Positions 1 through 7,077 of a DNA stretch of 52,063 bases are shown here, one piece after another; the stretch's first letter is position 1, and each line of letters opens with the position of its first letter. The notes under the pieces are model-generated. The model saw only the letters and a program-made list of their open reading frames with translations. It did not search any database and was not told where the DNA came from. A program made the translations under genes and the position numbers. Source of the stretch: a virus; the IMG/VR virus record IMGVR_UViG_3300045988_076157, positions 1-52,063 of that record; one strand, written 5' to 3'.

Positions 1-42
1 AGGGAGGTGAGAAAATGAGTCAGCCCTACAGAAAAGGAAACT
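1..42. repeat. Terminal overlap: bases 1-42 are identical to 52022-52063 (circular closure of a 52,021-bp unit)
   Basis: Direct comparison of the two window ends. The repeat cuts through the RBS and first codons of ORF 15-128. Confidence 0.95.
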
Positions 43-128
43 CCTGGTACATCCGGTTAGACAACGGATACGAAATGGAGTTCCCAAGCTACGAAGAGGC
101 TTGGGAGTACTACGAAGAAAGGAACTGA
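15..128 (+). CDS. Small hypothetical protein (37 aa, MSQPYRKGNSWYIRLDNGYEMEFPSYEEAWEYYEERN)
   Basis: ATG at 15 lies 5 nt after AGGGAGGTGA. The ORF is below the track cutoff. It is driven across the circular junction by the consensus promoter at 51977-52005. Confidence 0.5.
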   Translation: MSQPYRKGNSWYIRLDNGYEMEFPSYEEAWEYYEERN

Positions 129-134
129 GGGAAA

Positions 135-152
135 AGCCCCCGAAAGGGGGCT
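135..152. other. GC hairpin AGCCCCC-GAAA-GGGGGCT
   Basis: 7-bp stem with a GAAA tetraloop just after ORF 15-128. There is no T-tract on the plus strand; a T-run exists only on the minus strand. Confidence 0.4.
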
Positions 153-178
153 CACCCTAAATCATAGGAGGAACTGAA

Positions 179-502
179 ATGAAGCTGAACAAGACTTACA
201 GCCTGAGAACAATGCTTGATGCTTTGACTTCTGCGAGCGATAACACCAAGAAGCTCGCTGAGCAGCTCAAGGCCGAAGGACGTCACAGTCAAATATTCAC
301 AGTCTACGAGCCGGAAGGAATGCTGAGCACTTCCCCCTTCGCCAGAGTTACTCTTACTCACAGGGTTAGCGACACTCGCTGGGAGGGATACATGGAGACC
401 GTCGCGAAGGAGAATGGTCCAAAGACCCCGGTTGCTGTAAATCGTAGCAAGTACGCTTTGATTGCAAATGAGGACTTCACTCAGTTCACCGTTCAGATGT
501 AA
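179..502 (+). CDS. Hypothetical protein (107 aa)
   Basis: ORF track entry with RBS AGGAGG 7 nt upstream of the ATG. Confidence 0.7.
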   Translation: MKLNKTYSLRTMLDALTSASDNTKKLAEQLKAEGRHSQIFTVYEPEGMLSTSPFARVTLTHRVSDTRWEGYMETVAKENGPKTPVAVNRSKYALIANEDFTQFTVQM

Positions 503-514
503 GGAGGTAACACC

Positions 515-1189
515 ATGAGAGAGTACACCGTCAAGAACAATGATTTCACCGAATTCGATATCAATCCTGACCTGACCTTAGACAAGATTGACCGTAATGG
601 CACTCACTACTACACCAATAACCGTTGCCCCAAGTGCGGCGGAGAGAAGTACATCTCCTACTACACCCATGTTGACGGCGGTGTTTGCTTCCTCTGCGGC
701 GGTACTGGTGTTCATCCCACCAAGGTGGTTGTACGGACTGAAGAGTACGCTGCCAAGCTGGACGCCAAGCGTCTGGAGAAAGCTCGCAAGACCGCCGGTG
801 CTCGGAATGCTGAGTACCTCCATCGTCAGGGCTTCAACGCCGATGGTATGACTTGGGTAGTTATGGGTGAGACCTATTCTCGCAAGGACGAGCTGAAGGC
901 CGCTGGTTGTAAGTGGAGTCCTGAGTTCGGCTGGCACTTTGACCACGAGACCGAGCAGTTTGATACCGCTGTGGTGACCATACGTACCATGATTCCGTAC
1001 TTTGAGGACGAGAATGGTCAGCCCTGCACTTCCGCTATCGGTCAGTATTCCATTGACGGTACTCTGTACTTCCTTCCCTTTGAATTTATACAGGACTATG
1101 TAAAGTCCCTCCGTGAACAGTACATCGCTGACCACGCTCCTAAGACCGAGCAAGGTGGAGCGAGAGGTCAAGCTCGTTCGTCGCGCTAA
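515..1189 (+). CDS. DnaJ-type zinc-finger protein (two CxxCxGxG motifs), apparent N-terminal part of a split gene
   Basis: RBS AAGGAGG. Motifs CPKCGGEK and CFLCGGTG. The frame ends in an unconserved-looking tail (GGARGQARSSR) that overlaps the next ORF. Confidence 0.7.
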   Translation: MREYTVKNNDFTEFDINPDLTLDKIDRNGTHYYTNNRCPKCGGEKYISYYTHVDGGVCFLCGGTGVHPTKVVVRTEEYAAKLDAKRLEKARKTAGARNAEYLHRQGFNADGMTWVVMGETYSRKDELKAAGCKWSPEFGWHFDHETEQFDTAVVTIRTMIPYFEDENGQPCTSAIGQYSIDGTLYFLPFEFIQDYVKSLREQYIADHAPKTEQGGARGQARSSR

Positions 1190-1382
1190 GTTCGACACCA
1201 TGTATGGAACGACCTTTGTGTATACCTTTATGGACTCCGAGGGTCATCAGTTCATTTGGAAGACTGGCTGCTACCTCGACCAGTCTGAGGGTAGTACACT
1301 CACCATCCGTGGTACGATTAAAGCACATTCCGAGTACCGGGGTGCACGGCAAACTGAACTCACCCGGTGCCGAGTCGCGTAA
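1155..1382 (+). CDS. C-terminal continuation of the 515 gene in the +1 frame (VEREVKLVRRAKFDTMYGTTFVYTFMDSEGHQFIWKTG...)
   Basis: Open frame from 1113 with no convincing RBS of its own. Removing G1154 would fuse it in frame to 515-1153. Confidence 0.45.
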   Translation: MEREVKLVRRAKFDTMYGTTFVYTFMDSEGHQFIWKTGCYLDQSEGSTLTIRGTIKAHSEYRGARQTELTRCRVA

Positions 1383-1492
1383 ATCTCGTTCTTCCGAATT
1401 CCTCTCATCCTATTTCGAGTCCGAGGGGAAGGGGATGGTAAACTACTACCCCCGATTTCGGAGGACACCTCGAGGATTTTAGACCAAAGAAA

Positions 1493-1525
1493 CTCCCCCG
1501 CCGTATGGCGGGGGAGTACTTTATT
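1493..1525. terminator. Bidirectional rho-independent terminator between convergent arms
   Basis: Stem CTCCCCCGCC / GGCGGGGGAG with loop GTAT. T-rich runs flank it on both strands. Confidence 0.7.
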
Positions 1526-1657
1526 GAACATCATGGGGTGGCAGGGGGACAATTCGGTGCTCCTCCTCGCTCCACATGAACATCTCCGTACCGGGCTGCA
1601 CCGTACAGACAGGAGCGTACTTGTTAGGTGATACCCTTACGAAGAGCTGTGGAGGGT

Positions 1658-2263
1658 TCAGCACAGAATCTTTCCTACATCCTTGCACTTTTCCTTGTAC
1701 CTCTCATGATATTCTTCCTGAAGCATACCAACATAGCCGAAGTCATAGTCAGCAGCTTTCAGCTCAATGCAGAGTCGTTCCAGATACTTCAGCTCCAAGT
1801 CCACGTCGCATACGAGGCAGCTGATTTCGTTGAAGTCAGCTACGCAACCCCAGTCAAGCAGCATTCTCGCGCTTTTCTCATACAGGGCTTTGGTATCCGT
1901 CTCCCACTCCTTGTACTGCTCCATGGCTCTCTGCACGGCCTGTTTTCTTACCGCAGGGGTGACGGCCATACGATTGTACTGGTACCAGTCGTAGGGGATG
2001 ATGTCAACCGGCTCCACGTCCTCATTGGGAAGCAGCATTCCATGATGGTTGATGTAGTACCGCTTGAGCTTGCGGTGCATACAGGACTCCTCCAGATACT
2101 GGTATTCGTGCATACGTTTGAACCCTCTCAGACCGAGAAAATCAAAGAGATCAGCCATGTCATTGTGGAACATAAGAGCCAAGACCTGACGGGCATTGAC
2201 GACGGTAAACAGCTCCTTGACATCTTTGGGGCTGTACTCCGCCAGAGAGAATTTACTGTTCAT
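1658..2263 (-). CDS. Hypothetical protein (201 aa), last gene of the minus-strand arm
   Basis: ORF track entry. RBS GAAGGAGG 6 nt upstream of the ATG. No family recognised. Confidence 0.75.
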   Translation of the reverse strand: MNSKFSLAEYSPKDVKELFTVVNARQVLALMFHNDMADLFDFLGLRGFKRMHEYQYLEESCMHRKLKRYYINHHGMLLPNEDVEPVDIIPYDWYQYNRMAVTPAVRKQAVQRAMEQYKEWETDTKALYEKSARMLLDWGCVADFNEISCLVCDVDLELKYLERLCIELKAADYDFGYVGMLQEEYHERYKEKCKDVGKILC

Positions 2264-2466
2264 GTTCGTCCTCCTTCTAGCTGACTCAACAGCAGGTCAA
2301 TCTTTTCATCCTGCTTAGCTAGATGACTGTGTATGTCATCAACCGCTGCTTGAACGGCTTTGCTCATGGTGCTTTGGTCAACGTTTTCTCCATAGTTGGC
2401 TAAACCAATAAAGAAGGAAATAATTGCCATAACATCTAGCAGGGAGATCTGACCGTCTGTTTTCAT
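2260..2466 (-). CDS. Small membrane protein: N-terminal TM plus C-terminal coiled coil (BhlA/UviB holin-like architecture, tentative)
   Basis: 68 aa with TM ISLLDVMAIISFFIGLANY. The start overlaps the upstream stop, suggesting translational coupling. Confidence 0.55.
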   Translation of the reverse strand: MKTDGQISLLDVMAIISFFIGLANYGENVDQSTMSKAVQAAVDDIHSHLAKQDEKIDLLLSQLEGGRT

Positions 2467-2885
2467 GCCAGCTTCACCGCACCAACACAGGTATGGTTTA
2501 CCGTGCCAGCCACACCGCTGATATCCAGGGTAATGAGAGGACGATTAACACAGCAGGTGTTGATGCACAGATCAGTCTCGATATGATCGGTGTATACCGT
2601 GCCAGCAGTTACAGTCTGCTGAGCGATAGCACAGGGAAGAGCCACACCATCCTTGTACAGCTGGATGATAACTACACCCGCAGCGGTGGGAGTGTACGTC
2701 ACGTCAGCAGACAGATGATACAGACCAGACCGGTTTACACGGATGCTGGCTGTGTTCAAGGTCAGGGAACAGCCACTATTTACAACAGGAGTTCCTTCTA
2801 GGTTCAGAGGGGTCAGAGCAGCGGTGAACGCCTGATCAGAGTCATTGTACACTCGAACACAGGACTTTGCATACTGGTTATTCAT
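2463..2885 (-). CDS. Hypothetical protein with a C1q/TNF-like (BclA C-terminal-like) sequence pattern, tentative
   Basis: Start trimmed to the ATG at 2885 (RBS AAAGGAGA). The segment RSGLYHLSADVTYTPTAAGVVIIQLYKDGVAL resembles C1q-type jelly-roll strands. Multiple Cys residues. Confidence 0.5.
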   Translation of the reverse strand: MNNQYAKSCVRVYNDSDQAFTAALTPLNLEGTPVVNSGCSLTLNTASIRVNRSGLYHLSADVTYTPTAAGVVIIQLYKDGVALPCAIAQQTVTAGTVYTDHIETDLCINTCCVNRPLITLDISGVAGTVNHTCVGAVKLA

Positions 2886-2910
2886 TGTTGTTCTCCTTTC
2901 ATAAATTACG

Positions 2911-2932
2911 GGGGAGGGCATATGCCCTCCCC
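2911..2932 (-). terminator. Perfect palindromic hairpin GGGGAGGGCATATGCCCTCCCC
   Basis: 22-bp palindrome between genes 2968-3660 and 2463-2885. On the minus strand it is followed by GTAATTTAT. Confidence 0.5.
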
Positions 2933-2967
2933 TGAGTCGGACATAGTTATATGTCAATCTTCAGTTG

Positions 2968-3660
2968 TTAGCAGCCGCAGCCGTTGCCGCAACCGTAGGA
3001 GCCATAACCATTCGCCGGCGTGTAGGGGCTGCAGGTGATGTAGCTCGGGGTGGGGAAGGGACGAACAGCGTTGATGATGGTCTGAGTCTGAGACAGATTA
3101 CCCAGCTGGAGCTGAGCAGCCTGAAGGTTGTCACGCAGCTCCTGGATGGTGTTCTGAGTCATCAGAGCTCGAGTGGCATCACCGTCTGCCTTGATGGCGT
3201 TGACGATGTCACAGGTGTTGCGAGCGTTCTCGTAACGAACGGCATCGATGTTGCGATTGGTTTCGCAGCAGCACTGCTGAGCGGCAAAACGACTTTCAGC
3301 GATGTTGCTGTTCACACCATTGAAGCCTTGGCACAGCTGGCTCTGCAGACCATTCATGCCCTGAAGCATGGCGGTGTTCTGAGCATAAAAGCCGTCACAC
3401 AGACCGTTCTGAATGCCACGGATGCCGTTCTCGAGACCCTGATTGTTCAGACCCTCATACAGTTCCGCACGAGTCAGAGCACCCTGAGCAGCTGCATTGT
3501 TGCCAAAGCCGAAGCCGCCACCGCCCCATGCCAGCAGGAAGAACAGGAAGAACACCCAAACCCAGGTGCCACCTGCACCGCCAAACATGCCATCGGAGTC
3601 ACGATTCTGGAGAGCCATGACATCAGCCACGGACATTCCGCTACCAGTTTCCATACCCAT
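2968..3660 (-). CDS. Membrane-anchored Gly/Asn/Gln/Cys-rich protein with C-terminal GYGSYGCGNGCGC
   Basis: RBS AAGGAGG. TM TWVWVFFLFFLLAWGGGG. Internal Cys pairs (LCDGF, LCQGF, QQCCCE, NTCD). No family recognised. Confidence 0.75.
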   Translation of the reverse strand: MGMETGSGMSVADVMALQNRDSDGMFGGAGGTWVWVFFLFFLLAWGGGGFGFGNNAAAQGALTRAELYEGLNNQGLENGIRGIQNGLCDGFYAQNTAMLQGMNGLQSQLCQGFNGVNSNIAESRFAAQQCCCETNRNIDAVRYENARNTCDIVNAIKADGDATRALMTQNTIQELRDNLQAAQLQLGNLSQTQTIINAVRPFPTPSYITCSPYTPANGYGSYGCGNGCGC

Positions 3661-3690
3661 TGTGAAATACCTCCTTGTTAGAATTTTATA

Positions 3691-3906
3691 TCAACCCATT
3701 GGAAATTGGGATTGAAACTGCGCCCAGGCCTGATCGAAATCAATTCCCCGCTGCTTACAGAGATTCATACAGGTCTGTTTGATCTCTTCAGGAGACTTAC
3801 CCTGGGCCATTTGCTGAGCCTGACGAAACATGGGGTTAGACCCAAACTGTTTGGTCATAAATGACATAGGGTTCATCATAGCACCCATCATCTGGAAGGG
3901 ATTCAT
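3691..3906 (-). CDS. Hypothetical Met/Gln-rich small protein (71 aa)
   Basis: RBS AAAGGAGG. The start overlaps the upstream stop. Confidence 0.7.
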   Translation of the reverse strand: MNPFQMMGAMMNPMSFMTKQFGSNPMFRQAQQMAQGKSPEEIKQTCMNLCKQRGIDFDQAWAQFQSQFPMG

Positions 3907-4367
3907 TGCTTACTGCCTCCTTTCAGTTTCTGCTCCAACTTGGCGATCTTATCATTGAATGCCTGTATCATAGCATTGAAGTCCTCTTCTCGGACATAAC
4001 CGGTCAAATCCACAGCCGGAGGGGGAGGAGTCTCAACAGGCTTTACCGCAGGGCTGTCAATGATGTATCTTTCAAAGATTATGTTTCCATCAAGACCGAG
4101 CTGCTTGGTGTAGATCTTACCGTGAGCTTTGTCTGGAAATACAAACAGAGATCCATCGAAGTCAATCATAGCAGCGTTAGCTTCCTGCTCATTAGACACT
4201 GGTCTACCCTTAAGAATAGGAGCAGCTGTTTGCTGCATGGCTGGCTGAGGAGGGAAGCTGCTCCCCATCTGGGGATATTGAGCTTCCAACATCTGGAGTC
4301 TCTGTTGTGTATTCTGTATTGCGGGATTGTTGTACGGATAGGGAGTCATTGGTGCCATAGGATACAT
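3903..4367 (-). CDS. Hypothetical protein with a Pro/Gln-rich N-terminus (154 aa)
   Basis: RBS CAGGAGG 8 nt upstream of the ATG. First gene after the regulated-looking promoter region 4402-4464. Confidence 0.75.
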   Translation of the reverse strand: MYPMAPMTPYPYNNPAIQNTQQRLQMLEAQYPQMGSSFPPQPAMQQTAAPILKGRPVSNEQEANAAMIDFDGSLFVFPDKAHGKIYTKQLGLDGNIIFERYIIDSPAVKPVETPPPPAVDLTGYVREEDFNAMIQAFNDKIAKLEQKLKGGSKQ

Positions 4368-4401
4368 AGAAATTACCTCCTGTCTGGTATATTCTACCTC
4401 T

Positions 4402-4464
4402 ATTATACCTCGTCTGAATTGGCAGGAGTATACTAAAAGTATTCGTCAAGAATACTAAAAGTAT
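4402..4464 (-). promoter_or_regulatory. Putative regulated promoter: TATAAT plus two 13-bp ATACTTTTAGTAT sites spaced 22 bp apart
   Basis: Minus strand reads TTGACGAATACTTTTAGTATACTCCTGCCAATTCAGACGAGGTATAAT. The repeat copies are at 4430-4442 and 4452-4464. There is no well-spaced -35 element. Confidence 0.4.
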
Positions 4465-4473
4465 AATTTTGGG

Positions 4474-4509
4474 CATAAAAAGAACACCACCCTGTATAGA
4501 GTGGTGTTC
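4474..4509 (-). terminator. Rho-independent terminator after the sigma-r4-like gene
   Basis: 9-bp stem GAACACCAC / GTGGTGTTC, followed by TTTTTATG on the minus strand. Confidence 0.65.
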
Positions 4510-4514
4510 CTTAT

Positions 4515-4745
4515 TTAGAAAAGTTTGGACAGCTTGGAGAGAGCTTTGACGTGTCTTTTCTTTATGGTGACCTCTGCATAACCGAGGGTATCACCGATGT
4601 AGCGGAAGTCCTTGCCTTTGAGGTAGTGGAGCCTCAATATCTCCTTGTCCTCATCCGATAGGGTGGATTCGTTCAACAGGTCATCGAAGCGTCTCACACT
4701 TGGGATAGCCTCAAGGCGTTTCCTTGTATCAAGGTGAGTGCTCAA
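4515..4745 (-). CDS. Stand-alone sigma-70 region-4-like HTH protein (putative transcription regulator)
   Basis: 76 aa. The segment LSDEDKEILRLHYLKGKDFRYIGDTLGYAEVTIKKRHVKALSKL fits the ECF/LuxR-type region 4 pattern. TTG start with RBS AAGGGGTG. Confidence 0.7.
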   Translation of the reverse strand: MSTHLDTRKRLEAIPSVRRFDDLLNESTLSDEDKEILRLHYLKGKDFRYIGDTLGYAEVTIKKRHVKALSKLSKLF

Positions 4746-4827
4746 TCAAAACACCCCTTACTTGTACCGGCCACAGGTGGGGCAGCGACTCTGTCCCTTA
4801 CCTGTACTCTTGCCTCCGATACCTGTT

Positions 4828-5244
4828 TTACCCGAGGGACTCGACTTCGTCACTGAGGCTCCCTTGCTCGGGCTGTATGTTCTGGTTCTCGTTCTTGTCA
4901 CTGTTACTGTTTGCTTCGCCATAGTTTACCTCCTCAGAATTGCCTTGGACGTATTTGGCACTCTCACCAGATTGGAAAACGTTGTTACCGCTGCCCTCTC
5001 CGGTGTCTTGCTCAACTGTCGTTGTAACCATTTCAGTCGTGGTCATGTGCTTCTCGTACTGCACAAATATGGTGCAGATAACGAGGTTGACCAATATGCT
5101 GATGATGAGAATCAACCGCAGCCAGAAGTCCTCGCGCCGCTTTGATTCCAGCATGGTCATCACGATGTGGTTGAGAGCTATGCTTTGGTCAAGGGCGTCT
5201 TCTTCAGTCTTCATGGTTTCCAAGTCCTTGATAGGAATGTCCAT
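4828..5244 (-). CDS. Membrane protein with a central TM and acidic/Asn-rich tail (XhlA-like architecture, tentative)
   Basis: Start trimmed to the ATG at 5244 (GGAG 9 nt upstream). TM FWLRLILIISILVNLVICTIF. Confidence 0.6.
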   Translation of the reverse strand: MDIPIKDLETMKTEEDALDQSIALNHIVMTMLESKRREDFWLRLILIISILVNLVICTIFVQYEKHMTTTEMVTTTVEQDTGEGSGNNVFQSGESAKYVQGNSEEVNYGEANSNSDKNENQNIQPEQGSLSDEVESLG

Positions 5245-5557
5245 GCATTTCAACTCCTGTCTGTTTGATATGGTTCAGAATCTCAATGAGTACAGCGTGC
5301 GTATTGTTGAGGTCGCTGAGATTGTGGAACAGCGTTTTAATCTGCTCTTCATGAGAGTTGACCAAGAGGGCGAGGCTTTGCTGGCTGTTCTTTATCTCTT
5401 TAACATCAGTTTTCAACTCTGCAATACCGGCTACTGCTTGATTGAGCTTTTGTACGACCTCGCCATCGGCTTTGGCACGGCTGTTCATACCAACAACAAA
5501 GGTTGCAATACCAATCACACAGGCAATGATACTACAGATGAACAAAGTTGTCTCCAT
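5204..5557 (-). CDS. N-terminally anchored coiled-coil membrane protein
   Basis: RBS AAAGGAGG. TM LFICSIIACVIGIATFVVG. Directly downstream of the consensus promoter 5591-5619. Confidence 0.65.
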   Translation of the reverse strand: METTLFICSIIACVIGIATFVVGMNSRAKADGEVVQKLNQAVAGIAELKTDVKEIKNSQQSLALLVNSHEEQIKTLFHNLSDLNNTHAVLIEILNHIKQTGVEMHGHSYQGLGNHED

Positions 5558-5590
5558 GGGTACTGTCCTCCTTTCTTCAGTTCTACTCCT

Positions 5591-5619
5591 ATTATATACC
5601 GAGAAATTGGAAAAGTAAA
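5591..5619 (-). promoter_or_regulatory. Consensus phage promoter TTTACT-17-TATAAT
   Basis: Minus strand reads GGCTTTACTTTTCCAATTTCTCGGTATATAATAGG. One of eight copies. Confidence 0.6.
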
Positions 5620-5622
5620 GCC

Positions 5623-6096
5623 TTATTTTAGCGGGGACATACCGCCGTCTGCGAGCTCAAAATATTGACCAATGAGTTCATGAGGAAGATATTGAAGGGT
5701 GATCTTTCCCCCAGAGGATTCACCCATGCGCTGACACAGGTACAGCTTGTTGTCTTCTGGATCGGTGTAATACAATCCATAAACGTATTCCATGCCCCTG
5801 GCTGCTGTGATTGGGTCATCTTTGGTTCCTGCATGTTCTACCTCGATAATCGTAAACAAAGCAGGAGTTACATCGGGGGACCAACTTTCTTGGGAAGTGT
5901 GGGATGTAACGACCTTATAGAGCCGCTTCGTTTTGGGGTAGTATACCCGATCATCTACCTTGTATTTCACCCCATCTGCACTCCAAGTAGGATACAGCAT
6001 GGGTGCTTTAGCTGCTTGCAGATCTGTCAGAAATCCAGCTGCTATGTCCATACTTGCACGAATTGCTTTTGCTTGTTCAAGAATGTCAGTTCTCAT
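5623..6096 (-). CDS. Tail-associated protein with a CBM5/12-like carbohydrate-binding motif (tentative)
   Basis: RBS GAGGAGG. YPTWSADGVKYKVDDRVYYPKTKRLYKVVTSHTSQESWSPD fits the W..Y..GD.V.Y.G..Y...H.S...W.P pattern. Confidence 0.5.
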   Translation of the reverse strand: MRTDILEQAKAIRASMDIAAGFLTDLQAAKAPMLYPTWSADGVKYKVDDRVYYPKTKRLYKVVTSHTSQESWSPDVTPALFTIIEVEHAGTKDDPITAARGMEYVYGLYYTDPEDNKLYLCQRMGESSGGKITLQYLPHELIGQYFELADGGMSPLK

Positions 6097-6334
6097 TTGA
6101 TTCCTCCTCTGTTTCCACCCCTAAAGTGTTCAGCGCAGCCCTGTATTGAGCGATCTCTTCCTGGGCGGTCAGGACTTCTTTGCCGTCCCGGTAGAACTTA
6201 CTTTCGCTGTACGTGTCTCCAATGCCCACCGGGCGGTCATGGAGCGCCACCGCACCGGGGAAATCCCCGGCGTTGGTCTCTCGCAGAACAATGACGTTGG
6301 TCACCGCGCCGCCTGTCACGATCGCGTATCTCAT
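6086..6334 (-). CDS. Small tail-region protein ending in the motif YRAALNTLGVETEE
   Basis: RBS GGAGGTGG. The C-terminal motif is shared with the 8537-8905 product. Lies in the GC-rich cassette. Confidence 0.65.
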   Translation of the reverse strand: MRYAIVTGGAVTNVIVLRETNAGDFPGAVALHDRPVGIGDTYSESKFYRDGKEVLTAQEEIAQYRAALNTLGVETEEESNEN

Positions 6335-7077
6335 GCCGCCACCTCCTTGTGCTGCCGGATAACCACAATGCCGTCGGCAGGTTCAACGTTATAGGAACCG
6401 CCGTTGCCGGAGTTGGGGACAGTGGCGGTCAGGTTATCGCCGCCGCCGGAAGCGTACAGGTCGCCGTCCGTCTCGCCGAATTCGCGGGTGGTAGTGCCCT
6501 GCCCCTTGCCACCCGTGGTGGCACTGGACGTGCCGTCGCCGCCGTCTGTGCCGCCTGCGGCTGAGCCGCAAACTCCGTTGCTGCCACCCGAAATATAGCC
6601 GCCGCCACCAGAGCCACCATCTCCGGAACGGCCAGTACCGCCCGTTCCCCTACCGGTTGTAGAGCCTTTTCCTCCCGCCGCCACTGTGCTGAATGCCGAC
6701 GTTGTGCCGCCATCTGTACCATCTGTAGCGGATGTGGAACCTCCCGTACTGCCGTTCTTCCCAGCTGCGCCGATTGTGATTTGATAGGCGGTGTTGGCCG
6801 CCAGAGTGATAGACCTTACCGTGGTGGTGTAGCCCGCACCACCGCCGCCACAGCGTGCAGAACCCTTTCCACCGCCAGCGCCCACCAGAAATACATCAAT
6901 CACCATGTCTTTCAATGGCGTGAACGTGCCGCTGGACAGAAACTTGATGCGCCAGTTGTCGCTGCCGTCGTCCAGCACCTGATACGTGCCGTCTCCACCC
7001 GTCCAGTTGAAATCCTTGCCGATGATGGGCGCGGAAATGGCGCTGCCGCCCACAAAAATACCCTCTGTCTGGATCAT
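6331..7077 (-). CDS. Glycine-rich fibre-associated protein (249 aa)
   Basis: Start set to the ATG at 7077, which overlaps the tail-fibre stop (ATGA). VFLVGAGGGKG...GGGGAGY and long G/T/S runs. Strongly GC-rich. Confidence 0.7.
   Translation of the reverse strand: MIQTEGIFVGGSAISAPIIGKDFNWTGGDGTYQVLDDGSDNWRIKFLSSGTFTPLKDMVIDVFLVGAGGGKGSARCGGGGAGYTTTVRSITLAANTAYQITIGAAGKNGSTGGSTSATDGTDGGTTSAFSTVAAGGKGSTTGRGTGGTGRSGDGGSGGGGYISGGSNGVCGSAAGGTDGGDGTSSATTGGKGQGTTTREFGETDGDLYASGGGDNLTATVPNSGNGGSYNVEPADGIVVIRQHKEVAA

Noticed and set aside
1-42. The 42-bp terminal repeat as a biological direct terminal repeat or cos site
   Set aside because: It splits an RBS/ORF and is typical of an assembler overlap on a circular or permuted genome. 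The TerL type suggests headful packaging. This cannot be proven without reads.
578-1201. Long antisense or alternative-frame ORFs in the track (for example 578-1201 minus, 1628-2284 plus, 2965-3681 plus, 15539-16633 plus, 17837-18748 plus, 33913-34665 minus, 37792-38811 minus, 39145-40188 minus)
   Set aside because: Each lies entirely opposite or within a gene that has a strong RBS, recognisable homology or operon context. They lack RBSs and have low-complexity or arbitrary composition, so they are shadow ORFs.
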